Of a stretch of 64,000 nt of DNA, positions 20,629 to 30,609 are shown one piece after another. The notes under the pieces are model-generated. The model was not told the origin of the DNA. It did no database searches and was given only the letters and a program-made list of their open reading frames with translations. This DNA comes from Acidobacteriota bacterium (GTDB lineage: Bacteria > Acidobacteriota > UBA890 > WLXD01), in the NCBI GenBank assembly GCA_036012155.1, contig DASCOT010000213.1:279-64278 (forward strand), read 5' to 3'. The position numbers were made by a program, and so were the translations under genes. Each line of letters starts with the position of its first letter. Within the stretch, counting starts at the first letter, position 1.

Positions 20629-21251
20629 GCTCGCCCCCCTCCGATGGGTACGTGGAGCGTTTTTCGTTCCGCGAGCGCGTCGTTCACTGGGCGGTCGCCA
20701 TCAGCTTCGTCTACGTCACGGCGACGGGGCTATCGTTGTGGAGCCACAAGCTGCTCTGGCTGTCGACGATCTTCGGTGGCGGTGAGGCGACGCGCTGGGG
20801 GCACCCCTGGGGCGGCGTGGCGTTTGCCGTGATCCTCGGCGTGATGTTCGTGAGCTGGGCGCGCCAAATGCGCGTCGACGACGACGACCGTCGCTGGCTG
20901 CGCCGGGCGCATCGATACGCCAGCAACGATACCGCCGGCATGCCCGAGTCCGGGCGCTTTCACGGCGGGCAGAAGATGCTGTTCTGGGCCCAGACACTGG
21001 CGGCGCTCGCGCTCCTCGGCAGCGGTCTGGTGATGTGGTTTGCCGGCACCGCCCCACGCGGGCTCGCCTTCGCCGCGTTGCTGATCCATCCGATCGCCGC
21101 GGTAGTAGCGATCGGCGGCATCATCCTGCACGTCTACATGGCCGTCGCCGCAATCCCGGGCTCCTTGCGCGCCATGACCCGGGGCTCGGTGAGCGCCCAC
21201 TGGGCGGCGGCGCATCACGCCAAGTGGTACGCGAAGATCTCGGGCCGCTGA
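20625..21251 (+). CDS. fdnI: Formate dehydrogenase-N gamma subunit (cytochrome b556)
   Basis: 208 aa, four TM helices with conserved His ligands. 4-nt overlap with fdnH. Confidence 0.85.
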   Translation: MSSPPSDGYVERFSFRERVVHWAVAISFVYVTATGLSLWSHKLLWLSTIFGGGEATRWGHPWGGVAFAVILGVMFVSWARQMRVDDDDRRWLRRAHRYASNDTAGMPESGRFHGGQKMLFWAQTLAALALLGSGLVMWFAGTAPRGLAFAALLIHPIAAVVAIGGIILHVYMAVAAIPGSLRAMTRGSVSAHWAAAHHAKWYAKISGR

Positions 21252-21355
21252 GCATCACGGACTCGGCGCAGCCGGATTTCCCCACGCTGTGCTCGCACCG
21301 CGCAGCCCGGGCGTTGACGCTGGCTTCCCGCCTCCCGGCATCTCGCGAGGCGCTG

Positions 21356-21997
21356 ATGTTCTGCAGCCGGATCGCCGAGCTTCAGGCCCACGTCTCGCCA
21401 ACGGAACCGCTGGCGTCACGGCGGGACCTCATCGATCTGGTGGCGCAGATCGCTCCCGCGCCGCTGCGGGCCGCCGCCGAGGAGCTCGACGACGCTACCT
21501 GCCGGGCAGCGATGAGCGACTACCGCTCAGGTGCCGATACCGAGTCGCCCCGTAGCTTCTTTGCTCGTGTGCTGCTCGCACCGGAAGTCGCCAGCGATGC
21601 CGTGAGCGAGCCGGGTACAGCCGCCGCCCATGGCGCGCCCGATACCTGTCCCCGCTGCGACCACGCCGCCCAGGTCGGCTGCCTGCGAACCAGCGGCGAC
21701 GGCACCTCGCTCAGCCTGGTCTGCTCGCTCTGCCTTGCGGAGTGGGCCTACGTCCGCGATCGCTGCCCCGCCTGCCGCTCCTCCGACGACCGTCAGCTGG
21801 AATGGTATCGGAGCGAAGATCTGCCTTGGCTGCAGGTCCGCGCCTGCATCGAGTGCCAGCGATACCTGAACGTGGTCAGCCACGCCATCGAGCCGCTCGC
21901 CGTCGCCGACATCGACGAGATCGCCGCGCTACCGCTCGACGTGTGGGCCCGGGAGCACGGCTATACCAAGCTACGCCCGAACCTCGTCGGTATCTGA
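21356..21997 (+). CDS. fdhE: Formate dehydrogenase accessory protein FdhE (short form)
   Basis: Four CxxC pairs (CPRCDH, CSLCLAEW, CPACRS, CIECQRY). Track ORF 21035..21997 overlaps fdnI, so the start is taken at the first ATG after fdnI (MFCSRIAELQ). Confidence 0.7.
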   Translation: MFCSRIAELQAHVSPTEPLASRRDLIDLVAQIAPAPLRAAAEELDDATCRAAMSDYRSGADTESPRSFFARVLLAPEVASDAVSEPGTAAAHGAPDTCPRCDHAAQVGCLRTSGDGTSLSLVCSLCLAEWAYVRDRCPACRSSDDRQLEWYRSEDLPWLQVRACIECQRYLNVVSHAIEPLAVADIDEIAALPLDVWAREHGYTKLRPNLVGI

Positions 21998-22036
21998 GCC
22001 GGCGGAGCTACTCTCCCGGCGGACGATACTTGGGAA

Positions 22037-23218
22037 CTAGAGCACGAGGCGCTCGGCGTGTGGACGGGCGCAGTGAATCGTTGCCAGCTCCGCACCGTAT
22101 CCGCCAACGTTCAGCAGGGCCAGAATGTCCCCTTCGTGGACTTCTGGCAGTCGCATCTCGTCGGCGAACACGTCGCGCGCCTCATTGATGTGGCCCGCCA
22201 CCGTATAGGTCTCGGTTGCTGGCGCGTCAGCGGCTCGACAAACAACGATCTCCTGGGGCTCCCGATACAGGTAGGGAATTCCGCAGGCGTTGTAGCCACC
22301 GTCCACACCGACGAACCTGACGCCGCGCCGCTCGTCGACACCCACTACCTCGACCAGAAATATGCCGGAATCGCGTGCCAGGAAATCGCCCGGCTCGCAC
22401 ATGATGCGCACCCCGAGGGACCCGAAGCTCTTGGAGATCAGGGCCGCGTACGCGCCGAGGTCAACTCCGACTGCAGACGCCACTCCCGGAACGCCGATAC
22501 CACCGCCGACGTTGACATATTCCAGATCCGTGAGCCGCGTCGCAACGTCACCGACCACCTGGACCGCCTGACGGAACTCATCGAGCTTTTCCTGCAGCCA
22601 GCCTGAGCCGATGTGGAAGTGCAGCCCTCGCACCTGCAGCCCCTCGGCGGCGGCGATCGCCAGCGCCTCGTCCAGTTGCTCCGGATAGATGCCGAACTTC
22701 GAGGGCCAGGTCCCGGCCGCCGTTGTGCGCGTCGAGTAGGTTCCTACACCCGGGTTGAGCCGCAGACCGATCGACCTGCCGGGTGCCCGCGCGCCGACGT
22801 TGCGGATCGCGCTCATCGAGTCGAGGTTCAAGATCACCGGATGGGCGAGGATTCGCTCCAGGTCGCGCGAGCTGAGGTTCGTTCCCGTGTAGGAGATGTC
22901 TTCCGCCTCCCAGCCGGCCGCCAGCGCCATATCCATCTCATTCGGCGAACACACGTCGACACCCACGCCCGTCTCGCGCATGCGGGCGACGATGTCCGGG
23001 TGGCGATTGCACTTGAGCGCGTAGAGCAGCTGGTGGCGCACACCGGCGTAATCCAGAGCCTGCCGCAGCCGGCCCAGGTTGGCCTCCATGCGAGCGCTGT
23101 CGTACACGTACAGCGGTGTGCCGTGGGCGCGCGCCAGCTCGGTGGCGTCGTGCCCTGCGATCGTCATGCGACCGTCGCGGGCCTCAAGCCCATCACGTGT
23201 CCACCAGGGAGTTGGCAT
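22037..23218 (-). CDS. Diaminopimelate decarboxylase-family PLP enzyme (Orn/DAP/Arg decarboxylase fold III)
   Basis: LYALKCN (PLP Lys), LHFHIGSG, VNVGGGIGVPG and CEPGDFLARDSG motifs. The start is assumed at MPTPWWTRDG inside the track ORF that extends to 23305. Confidence 0.75.
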   Translation of the reverse strand: MPTPWWTRDGLEARDGRMTIAGHDATELARAHGTPLYVYDSARMEANLGRLRQALDYAGVRHQLLYALKCNRHPDIVARMRETGVGVDVCSPNEMDMALAAGWEAEDISYTGTNLSSRDLERILAHPVILNLDSMSAIRNVGARAPGRSIGLRLNPGVGTYSTRTTAAGTWPSKFGIYPEQLDEALAIAAAEGLQVRGLHFHIGSGWLQEKLDEFRQAVQVVGDVATRLTDLEYVNVGGGIGVPGVASAVGVDLGAYAALISKSFGSLGVRIMCEPGDFLARDSGIFLVEVVGVDERRGVRFVGVDGGYNACGIPYLYREPQEIVVCRAADAPATETYTVAGHINEARDVFADEMRLPEVHEGDILALLNVGGYGAELATIHCARPHAERLVL

Positions 23219-23314
23219 AGCCGAAAGCTCGCAGACGCGTGGCGTCCGTGCAACCACCACCCTCGGCGCAGAGGAACCCTTTCGCACCGCGCAGCGGCAG
23301 GTCAACCGAGGGAA

Positions 23315-24424
23315 CTAGAGCCCTCCGATCACCGTGTCGATGCGACCGAGACCGGTGACCAGCTGCTCTGACTCGCCGCCGATCCCGATGCGCAGGTGAC
23401 CGTCCATGCCAAAGCAGTCGCCGGCAATCACCAGCAGGCCCTGCTCGTCGCGCAACCGAGTCACCAGCTCAGTCGAGTTCATATCGAGGTCGTAGCGTAC
23501 GAACCCCATGCCGCCCGACTGCGGAGGCACGAAGTGGAACTGGCCGCCATGCCCATCGACCCACGCCTGGAAGATGGCCAGATTCTCGCGCAGCAGGGTC
23601 CGGTTACGCTCGAAGATCTGCTCGCGGCGCGGCGACGTCAGGGCCATCTGCGCGATGTGATCGCTCATCACGGCTGAAGCGATCGTCGTGTAGTCATGCC
23701 TGGCCCAGGAGTCGGCGATCATCTGATGCGACCCCACCAGCCAGCCGATACGTAGACCCGGAAGGGCGTAGGCTTTCGACAGGCCGCCGTTGACGACGAC
23801 CTTGTCATAGGAGCCCCAGAACGTCGGGGTCTCGGCATCCGTGAGCTCGGCGCCGCGATAGATCTCGTCGACGTATACCCAGGCGTCGACGTCGGCGGCG
23901 AGGTCGATGATGGTCTGCATCGCATCGGGGGCAAGCACCGCTCCGGTGGGGTTGTTCGGGTTGCAGAGGGCAATCATCTTGGTGCGCGGTGAGATTGCGT
24001 CGCGCAGCTCATCGAGATCGGGCCCCCAGGCGAGCTCCTCGCGCAGGTGAAACGGCCGCACGTCCACTCCGAAGGAGTGGGCGATGCCACGAAGCTGCAG
24101 GTAGTTGGGCACCATCAGCGCCACCTCGTCGCCCGGCTCCAGCAGGTTCCAGGCAGCAACGAAGTTGGCCTCGGCCGAGCCGGTGGTCACCAGAACGTTG
24201 TCGGCGTCGGCGCCACCATACAGGTCGCTTATCGACTCGCGCAGCGGGATCGATCCGTTGGTCTGACCGTAACCCAGACGCACCCGCGCCACCTCGGCGA
24301 TCTCGTCCGGCGTCAGCAACTCCTCGAGGGTGTATGGATGCACGCCGCTCTCGGTGAGGTTGATCTCGACGAGGTTCTCCCAAAGTGACTGCACTCTCTC
24401 GAGCTCGAATGTCTCGACCTTCAT
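23315..24424 (-). CDS. Class I/II PLP-dependent aminotransferase
   Basis: 369 aa. Contains LCNPNNPTG and SKAYALPGLRIGW (PLP-Lys region). Directly upstream of, and co-oriented with, the DAP-decarboxylase-like gene. Confidence 0.8.
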   Translation of the reverse strand: MKVETFELERVQSLWENLVEINLTESGVHPYTLEELLTPDEIAEVARVRLGYGQTNGSIPLRESISDLYGGADADNVLVTTGSAEANFVAAWNLLEPGDEVALMVPNYLQLRGIAHSFGVDVRPFHLREELAWGPDLDELRDAISPRTKMIALCNPNNPTGAVLAPDAMQTIIDLAADVDAWVYVDEIYRGAELTDAETPTFWGSYDKVVVNGGLSKAYALPGLRIGWLVGSHQMIADSWARHDYTTIASAVMSDHIAQMALTSPRREQIFERNRTLLRENLAIFQAWVDGHGGQFHFVPPQSGGMGFVRYDLDMNSTELVTRLRDEQGLLVIAGDCFGMDGHLRIGIGGESEQLVTGLGRIDTVIGGL

Positions 24425-24454
24425 CAGGAAACTCCGATTGCCGGGCTGGAACAG

Positions 24455-25927
24455 CTAGTGTCGGAAGGCATAGAGGGTCTCACGGGTTCGCAGGTAGATG
24501 TGTCCGTCGGAGATCGCCGGCGTACCGTACGCCAGGTCATCGAGGTCGCTGATCTTCAGAACGTCGAGTTTGGGGCCTGGCTTCAAGACCGCAACCTTGC
24601 CAAGCTCGCTGACCATGTAGATCTTGCCGTCTCCCGCCACTGGCGAGGCGTAGAACTTGTCCACGGCGCCCGGGATGCGCCCCTGGTCGAGACGCTCGCC
24701 GGTATCGGGATTGAGAATCGTCACGATGCCACCGTCGTTGATCATGTACAGCAGGCCTTCGTACAACAACGGCGAGGGCAACTGCGGCACGGCGCGGCTG
24801 TAAATCCAGAGGAAGCTCCGTGCGGTCATGTCACCGCTACCGCCGAGACGGATCGCGAACATGCCGTTGGTCATTGCCATCGAGTTGCGAAAGTACTCCC
24901 AGTCACGTTGATCTAGCGTCCCATCGCGATCGAGATCACTCATGCCGAAGCGGCGTTTTGCTCTCCCCTCGGGCAGCTCCTCGGGCTTCAGCAACCCGTC
25001 GGCATCGGCATCACTGAGTGTCAGCGCCTCCTCGAACGACCCCACGTCCATGGTGTTTCCAGGGTCGTTGAGCGGGGAGCCGTAGCCGTTCACGTAGACC
25101 ACCCCGTCGCCGACCACGGGCACCGATTTCATCTCGTGGATCATGCCGCGCACCCACCAGAGCCGCTCACCCGTCTGTACGGAGTAGCCACTCAGCAGAA
25201 ACGATCCGACCACCACCAGCTGCGTCTCGCCTTCAGGCGACGTCCAGATGATCGGGGTCGCATGCGAGCTCGCCGCCTCGGGGCGATCAACACGCCATTG
25301 CTCGCGACCGGTCGCGGCCTCCACCGCCAGCAGGTACGAGCGCGTTCGCTGGTCGCACACCAGCAGTATCGTCCCCTCGTGCACAATCGGCGAAGCCCCC
25401 ATGCCGTAGAGGTTGTCGAAGGGGCCGAGCGGCAGCCGCCAGAGCTCGTTGCCATCCAGGTCGTAGGCCAGTAGGCCGTAATCGGGGAAGAAGACCACGA
25501 CACGCTCACCATCGATCGCCGGGCTGGGGGCCGCCGGATTGTTTCGCGAATCGAGCTTCTCGGCTCGTGGTCGCGGAGCCTGGCGCCGCCAGAGGACGCG
25601 CCCCGTGACTCGATCGACGGCAAGCGTCCACAGTTGCCCCTGCTCGAAGGCGGTTACGAAGATGCGCTCCGCCGACAATACCGGCGACGAATGGCCCGGC
25701 GGCAACGGCGTCTTCCACAGCAGGTGCTTGTCGCCCTCGAAGCTGATCGGCAGGGCCGACGTCTCGGCGATCCCGGAGCCGTTGGGGCCACGAAAGCGTG
25801 ACCAGTCGGCAGCCGGCGCTGGCTCGCTCGACGGTGGCGCCGCAGAGCTCTGAGCGCCCCGCACCGGCCCCACCGCCGAAAGCACGACCAGCAGCGCGCC
25901 CACACCGGCGATCGAGCACACCTGCAT
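24455..25927 (-). CDS. Secreted PQQ-like beta-propeller repeat protein with an inserted pair of EF-hand Ca-binding motifs
   Basis: Repeated LWR/WxxxxG propeller blades. Insert reads DADADGLLKPEEL...DLDRDGTLDQRDWEYF, i.e. DxDxDG loops. Signal peptide at MQVCSIAGVGALLVVLSAVGPVRGA (track ORF extends to 25993). Confidence 0.7.
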   Translation of the reverse strand: MQVCSIAGVGALLVVLSAVGPVRGAQSSAAPPSSEPAPAADWSRFRGPNGSGIAETSALPISFEGDKHLLWKTPLPPGHSSPVLSAERIFVTAFEQGQLWTLAVDRVTGRVLWRRQAPRPRAEKLDSRNNPAAPSPAIDGERVVVFFPDYGLLAYDLDGNELWRLPLGPFDNLYGMGASPIVHEGTILLVCDQRTRSYLLAVEAATGREQWRVDRPEAASSHATPIIWTSPEGETQLVVVGSFLLSGYSVQTGERLWWVRGMIHEMKSVPVVGDGVVYVNGYGSPLNDPGNTMDVGSFEEALTLSDADADGLLKPEELPEGRAKRRFGMSDLDRDGTLDQRDWEYFRNSMAMTNGMFAIRLGGSGDMTARSFLWIYSRAVPQLPSPLLYEGLLYMINDGGIVTILNPDTGERLDQGRIPGAVDKFYASPVAGDGKIYMVSELGKVAVLKPGPKLDVLKISDLDDLAYGTPAISDGHIYLRTRETLYAFRH

Positions 25928-25985
25928 CGCGCAACGCCGGTCGCTGGCTCGGGCTCTACTCGCCCGCCGGCGCCGGCCGCTTGTT

Positions 25986-28900
25986 CTACTCAACTCCGGT
26001 GACTACCGGGCCCAGGCCGCGCTCGCGCAGCAGCTCGTTGAATGCCTCGACATCCTGCTCGATCAGCCTTGCCAGCTCATCCGACAGGTCGTGCATGCGA
26101 TCCTCGAGCACCTGCTGAACTTCGCGCGCCTGGTCGGTCGGCGGAAAATCGACGGTCGAGACCGCGCCTGCCAGGTACTGGAAGTGACCGAACAGGCGCG
26201 TTGGCCAGCGCACTCGATCCTGCCCGGTATAGGTGAGCCTGGTCTGATAGAGATCCTCCTCCACCGCCAGCAACGTGCCGTCGAGCTCGCCCGCCGCCTC
26301 GATCAGGCGTTCGGAGTCCGCCGTATCGGCCAGCACGGCCTGCAGATCGTAAAGCTGTCGCCGCATCCACTCGATCCGGTTGATCATGCCCACCGTCGTC
26401 TCGAGATCGTCGTAAAGCTGCGCGACCATGGCGATCTGAGAGGCGATGTCGGTCTCGGTGCCCTCCGAGTTCGGGTCCTTGATCACTTCCAGGGGTTGCT
26501 CGAGCGTCCGCCCTGCCGCCTCGAGGGTGACCGTGTACCTACCGGGTGGCTGCAGTATCCCGGGGCGGCTGTTCACCTCGCGCACACGATCGGCGCCCAG
26601 ATCGACCCACTCAGCGGTGACGGGCCTGGTGCGCAACCGCAACGGCGTGGCGGACTCGCCCCGGAGGTCCCACCAGATACGGTTGATACCGGCGGTCTTG
26701 GTTCCCGTCAGCACACGTACCGTCTGTCCAGCGGCATCGCTGATCCGGACGCTCACCTCCTGCTCCTGCTCCTGCTCCTGGCCGAGCCAGTAGCTGATCG
26801 ACGCGCCGCGCGGCGGATTCTCACCGGCGCTGGGATCACCGGCGGTGGTAGCCGGAGAGGTGATGTTGTGGAAGCGATATGCCGACCGCGGCTCGAAAAG
26901 GTGCGCCGTTGCCCCACCGCCACCGCCGCCCTGGACGGCGACAACCATCTCCGGTGTGAGCTGCTGCAGTGGCGACAGGTCATCCATGATCCAGAAGCCG
27001 CGTCCGTAGGTGCCGACCACGAGATCGTTGAAATGCTCCTGGATGGTGATGCCGTACACCGGAGACGCGGGCAGGTCGGTCATCATCGATTGCCAGCTGT
27101 CGCCGTCGTCGAAGCTCACGTAGAGGGCATTCTCGGTGCCGAGATACAGCAACCCGGGACGAACGGGATCCTCTTCGATATGACGCGCGAAGCTCAACAC
27201 GCCGGGCGCGAGCCCGTCGGTGATCTTGTCCCAGCTGCGACCGAAATCACTCGTTCGATAGACGTACGGAGCGAAATCGCCCACCTGGTGATGCTCGATC
27301 GCTAGGTACGCCTTGCCCGCCTCCCATTTCGATGCCTCGACGGCGCGCACCACGCCGTCCGGCGGTAGTCCGGGAATGTTGGCCGTGACGTTGTTCCAGG
27401 ATGAGCCACCGTCGCGGCTGATCTGCACCAGTCCGTCGTTGGTGCCGGCCCAGAGCACGCCCTGCTGCGCCGGCGACTCATCGAAGGCGTAGATCACACA
27501 GCAATACTCCACGCCGATATTGTCGGGGGTGAGACCTCCCGAGATTCCCTGCTTCGACTTGTCGTTGGTTGTCAGGTCGGGACTGATCACCTCCCAGCTC
27601 TGCCCATCATCGGTGGTGCGGTGAACATGCTGGCTGGTCACGTAGACGGTGTCGTTGTCGTGCGGCGAGATCAACAGCGGAAAGGTCCACTGGAAGCGGT
27701 ACTTGAGCTCCTCCGCCGGCCACCCTCCAGTGCTCTCCGGCCACACCTCTACCTGGCGGAACTGGCGGGTGCGCTCCCGGTAGCGCACCACGATGCCGCC
27801 GCGCGCCCCGGCCCCCGAGGCGCTCGACCAGATCAGGTCAGGGTCGTCTGGATCGGGTGTTGCAAAGCCGCTCTCCCCACCGCCGACGGCGTGCCACATT
27901 CCCCGGGATATCGATCCGCCACCGAACCCCCCCGTACGGCTGTTGCTGGGGCCCCGGAACGACGGCCCGTCCTGGCGGTTGCCATAGACGTAGTACGGCA
28001 CGTTGTTGTCGGCGGTGACGTGATACATCTGCGCGATCGGCAACTGGATACGCATCCAGCTGCGACCGCGATTGGTGGAGATCGCCACGCCCGGATCGTT
28101 CGCGATGATCATGCGGTCGGGATTGCCAGGGTCGATCCACATGTCGTGGTTGTCCCCACCCGGGCGCGCCATCGCCGCCCCCTCACTCCCGGCAGTGTCG
28201 TAGGTGTGTCCTCCGTCGAACGTGTAGGTCATCGGGGCCGCCAGGAAGTAGGCCTCGTCGGCATCATCCGGGGACACGTGGCACACCGTGTAGTAAGCGC
28301 TGCGCCCGGCCAGGTCCTGGCTGTGGTTGACCAGCTGCCAGTTGTGCCCGCCGTCATCGGAGCGCCACAGCTCACCGCTGTCGGTCTCCTCACCGTGCCA
28401 GGGCACGCCATCGCCGGTCTCGATCAGGGCGTAGACGCGCCGGGCGTCGGCGGCCGTCATGCAAACATCGACCTTGCCCACCGGCCGCGTCGGTAGCCCG
28501 TGCCCCTGCAGCTTCGTCCACGTATCGCCGCCGTCACGGCTCACGAAGATGCCGCCACCCGGCCCTCCGCTGCCGCGGTTCCACGTGTTTATCGAGACGT
28601 GCCACATGCCGGCGAACAGAATGCGGGGGTTGTTGGGGTCCATCTCGAGATCGGAAGCGCCGGTGTTCTCGTCGACGAACAGCACCTGCTCCCAGGTCGT
28701 GCCGCCGTCCGTAGTACGGAAGATGCCGCGCTCGGGTTGCGGACTGTGCCCGTGCCCCAGCGCTGCGACGTAGACGATGTCTGGATTGCGCGGATGGATC
28801 AGCACATCGGAGATACGGCCTGTGGCATCGAGCCCCATGTGCCGCCAGGTATCACCGCCGTCGGTCGACTTCCACACTCCGTTGCCAATCGACACGTTGG

Positions 28901-29279
28901 AGCGGATGTGCGGCTCGCCGGTACCTGCCCAGACGATCTGAGGATCGCTGGTCGCCACCGCGAGCGATCCGATCGCATGCACCGGATAGTCGTCGAACAA
29001 CGGCCGCCAGGTAAGGCCCCCGTCTTCGGTCTTCCAAATGCCGCCCGACGCGGCGCCGACATAGTAGACATGCGCGTCGCCTTCCACGCCGGCAACCGCG
29101 GCGACGCGATTGCCGATGGGGCCGATGTGCCGGAAATGCAGCGGCTGCAGCGTTGCCGGCGCATCCATCTGTGCCGCGACCGGAGCAGGAGCCAAGACGA
29201 TCAGCGCAGCGGCCAGCAGAACCGAGCGCGTGGAGACCAAGGGGAGACTGCGGCAGCTTGCGAACAACGTCGAGATCAT
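25986..29279 (-). CDS. Large secreted BNR/sortilin (VPS10)-like repeat glycosyl-hydrolase-like protein
   Basis: About 1100 aa with more than 8 SxDxGxTW-type BNR repeats (KTEDGGLTW, KSTDGGDTW, RTTDGGTTW, RSDDGGHNW, STNRGRSW, ...). Signal peptide starts at MISTLFASCRSL... An internal QEQEQEQE run is encoded by a (CTCCTG)4 microsatellite. Confidence 0.75.
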   Translation of the reverse strand: MISTLFASCRSLPLVSTRSVLLAAALIVLAPAPVAAQMDAPATLQPLHFRHIGPIGNRVAAVAGVEGDAHVYYVGAASGGIWKTEDGGLTWRPLFDDYPVHAIGSLAVATSDPQIVWAGTGEPHIRSNVSIGNGVWKSTDGGDTWRHMGLDATGRISDVLIHPRNPDIVYVAALGHGHSPQPERGIFRTTDGGTTWEQVLFVDENTGASDLEMDPNNPRILFAGMWHVSINTWNRGSGGPGGGIFVSRDGGDTWTKLQGHGLPTRPVGKVDVCMTAADARRVYALIETGDGVPWHGEETDSGELWRSDDGGHNWQLVNHSQDLAGRSAYYTVCHVSPDDADEAYFLAAPMTYTFDGGHTYDTAGSEGAAMARPGGDNHDMWIDPGNPDRMIIANDPGVAISTNRGRSWMRIQLPIAQMYHVTADNNVPYYVYGNRQDGPSFRGPSNSRTGGFGGGSISRGMWHAVGGGESGFATPDPDDPDLIWSSASGAGARGGIVVRYRERTRQFRQVEVWPESTGGWPAEELKYRFQWTFPLLISPHDNDTVYVTSQHVHRTTDDGQSWEVISPDLTTNDKSKQGISGGLTPDNIGVEYCCVIYAFDESPAQQGVLWAGTNDGLVQISRDGGSSWNNVTANIPGLPPDGVVRAVEASKWEAGKAYLAIEHHQVGDFAPYVYRTSDFGRSWDKITDGLAPGVLSFARHIEEDPVRPGLLYLGTENALYVSFDDGDSWQSMMTDLPASPVYGITIQEHFNDLVVGTYGRGFWIMDDLSPLQQLTPEMVVAVQGGGGGGATAHLFEPRSAYRFHNITSPATTAGDPSAGENPPRGASISYWLGQEQEQEQEVSVRISDAAGQTVRVLTGTKTAGINRIWWDLRGESATPLRLRTRPVTAEWVDLGADRVREVNSRPGILQPPGRYTVTLEAAGRTLEQPLEVIKDPNSEGTETDIASQIAMVAQLYDDLETTVGMINRIEWMRRQLYDLQAVLADTADSERLIEAAGELDGTLLAVEEDLYQTRLTYTGQDRVRWPTRLFGHFQYLAGAVSTVDFPPTDQAREVQQVLEDRMHDLSDELARLIEQDVEAFNELLRERGLGPVVTGVE

Positions 29280-29442
29280 GTCAACTCCTGAGCGCGGTGG
29301 ATGCGGCCTCACAATGCCTATTCGTCCGACGACAGACTAGCGTTCCATCGGCCGCGTTGCACCGGTTCCGTGCAGGTGTGCGCGGCCCCGGGATCGACTC
29401 CTTTCCGCCGACCATGACTACCCTGCCCATCCAGCTTCGACG

Positions 29443-30603
29443 GTGGGCTTGTCCAAGCTGATGAACGACATCTCAGGCACCGATCAGTTTCCCCGCGTCG
29501 AGAACCGCACCTACCTCAACGCCGCATCGGTGGGGTTGATGCCGGGCGCGGCCGAGGAAGCGATCGTCGCCTGGCAACGCGACATCGCCCGCAACGGCAC
29601 CGTCAACTTCGGAGAGGATCCCGAGGAACGTGTTTTCGAAGGGCTGCACGAATCCGCCGCGCGGCTGTTCGGCGCCACGACCGACGACATCGCCGTAGCA
29701 GCCAGTTTTAGCGAGCTCCTGGGCTCCCTTGCCTGGGCGATGGTTCCCGCTGCCAACACCAACATCGTGGGCACCGATGTGGGGTTTCCGAGCACGCTCT
29801 ATCCGTGGGTGCGGGTGGCTCGCCATACCGGATGTGAGATCCGGTTGGCACCGAGCCACAGGATGCGCGTCGATCCCGATGAGTTGCTGGAGCAGATCGA
29901 CGAGCGCACGGCGGTCGTTTGCGTCTCGCACGTGGAGTACGGCAGCGGCCAGCGATTCGACCTGAAACGACTCGCAGACGGGGCCCACGCACACGACGCG
30001 CTCTTGGTGGTCGACGCCACGCAATCTGCTGGCGCCATTCCGATCGACGTTCGTCAAAGCAATGTCGACGTACTGATTACCGCTGGCTACAAGTGGCTTT
30101 GCGGCCCGTTCGGCGCCGCGGTCATGGTCCTCGCCCCGCACCTACACACGCGGTTCGATCCCGGCTTGGTGGGGTTTCGAAGCCACCGCAGACTCTGGGA
30201 TCTGGCACCGGCCCGCATGCAGCTGCCGGAAACGGCGCGGCGCTTCGAGTACGGCACGATGGGCTACGGAAACGCCATCGGCCTGGCGCGATCTATCGAT
30301 ACGCTGACCGAAGTTGGAGTAGACCGGATCGCGGCCCACAACCTCGGCCTGGCGACACGACTGATCGACGGGCTCGAGGCCCGTGGTGCCGACATCCTGT
30401 CGCCGCGAGCCGGCGACGAGCGCACGTCCATCGTTTCCATGCGCATTCCCGGATCCGACCCAGAGAAGATCGCTGCAACCCTGAACGCCGGCGGCGTAGT
30501 GGTATCGGGGCGCAACGATTTCGTTCGTTTCTCGCCCCATCTATACAACACGGTCGACGACATCGAGCGAGCGCTCGTTGAGCTCGATCGATGCCTCCGC
30601 TGA
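29443..30603 (+). CDS. Aminotransferase class V-fold PLP enzyme (cysteine desulfurase / isopenicillin-N-epimerase-like)
   Basis: 386 aa. Includes VDATQSAG and ITAGYKWLCGPFG (the latter is the putative PLP-Lys region). Confidence 0.75.
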   Translation: MGLSKLMNDISGTDQFPRVENRTYLNAASVGLMPGAAEEAIVAWQRDIARNGTVNFGEDPEERVFEGLHESAARLFGATTDDIAVAASFSELLGSLAWAMVPAANTNIVGTDVGFPSTLYPWVRVARHTGCEIRLAPSHRMRVDPDELLEQIDERTAVVCVSHVEYGSGQRFDLKRLADGAHAHDALLVVDATQSAGAIPIDVRQSNVDVLITAGYKWLCGPFGAAVMVLAPHLHTRFDPGLVGFRSHRRLWDLAPARMQLPETARRFEYGTMGYGNAIGLARSIDTLTEVGVDRIAAHNLGLATRLIDGLEARGADILSPRAGDERTSIVSMRIPGSDPEKIAATLNAGGVVVSGRNDFVRFSPHLYNTVDDIERALVELDRCLR

Positions 30604-30609
30604 TCGTAC

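Noticed and set aside
21035-21355. N-terminal 107 codons of the track ORF 21035..21997
   Set aside because: They overlap fdnI (20625..21251) in another frame. FdhE homology begins after the first ATG downstream of the fdnI stop.
26757-26780. Possible CRISPR or tandem-repeat array
   Set aside because: Only four 6-nt units inside a coding region. No repeat-spacer architecture anywhere in the window.
26091-27305. 404-aa plus-strand ORF (and 27621..28496, 28500..29291)
   Set aside because: Antisense within the 1100-aa BNR/sortilin gene, whose repeats are unambiguous.
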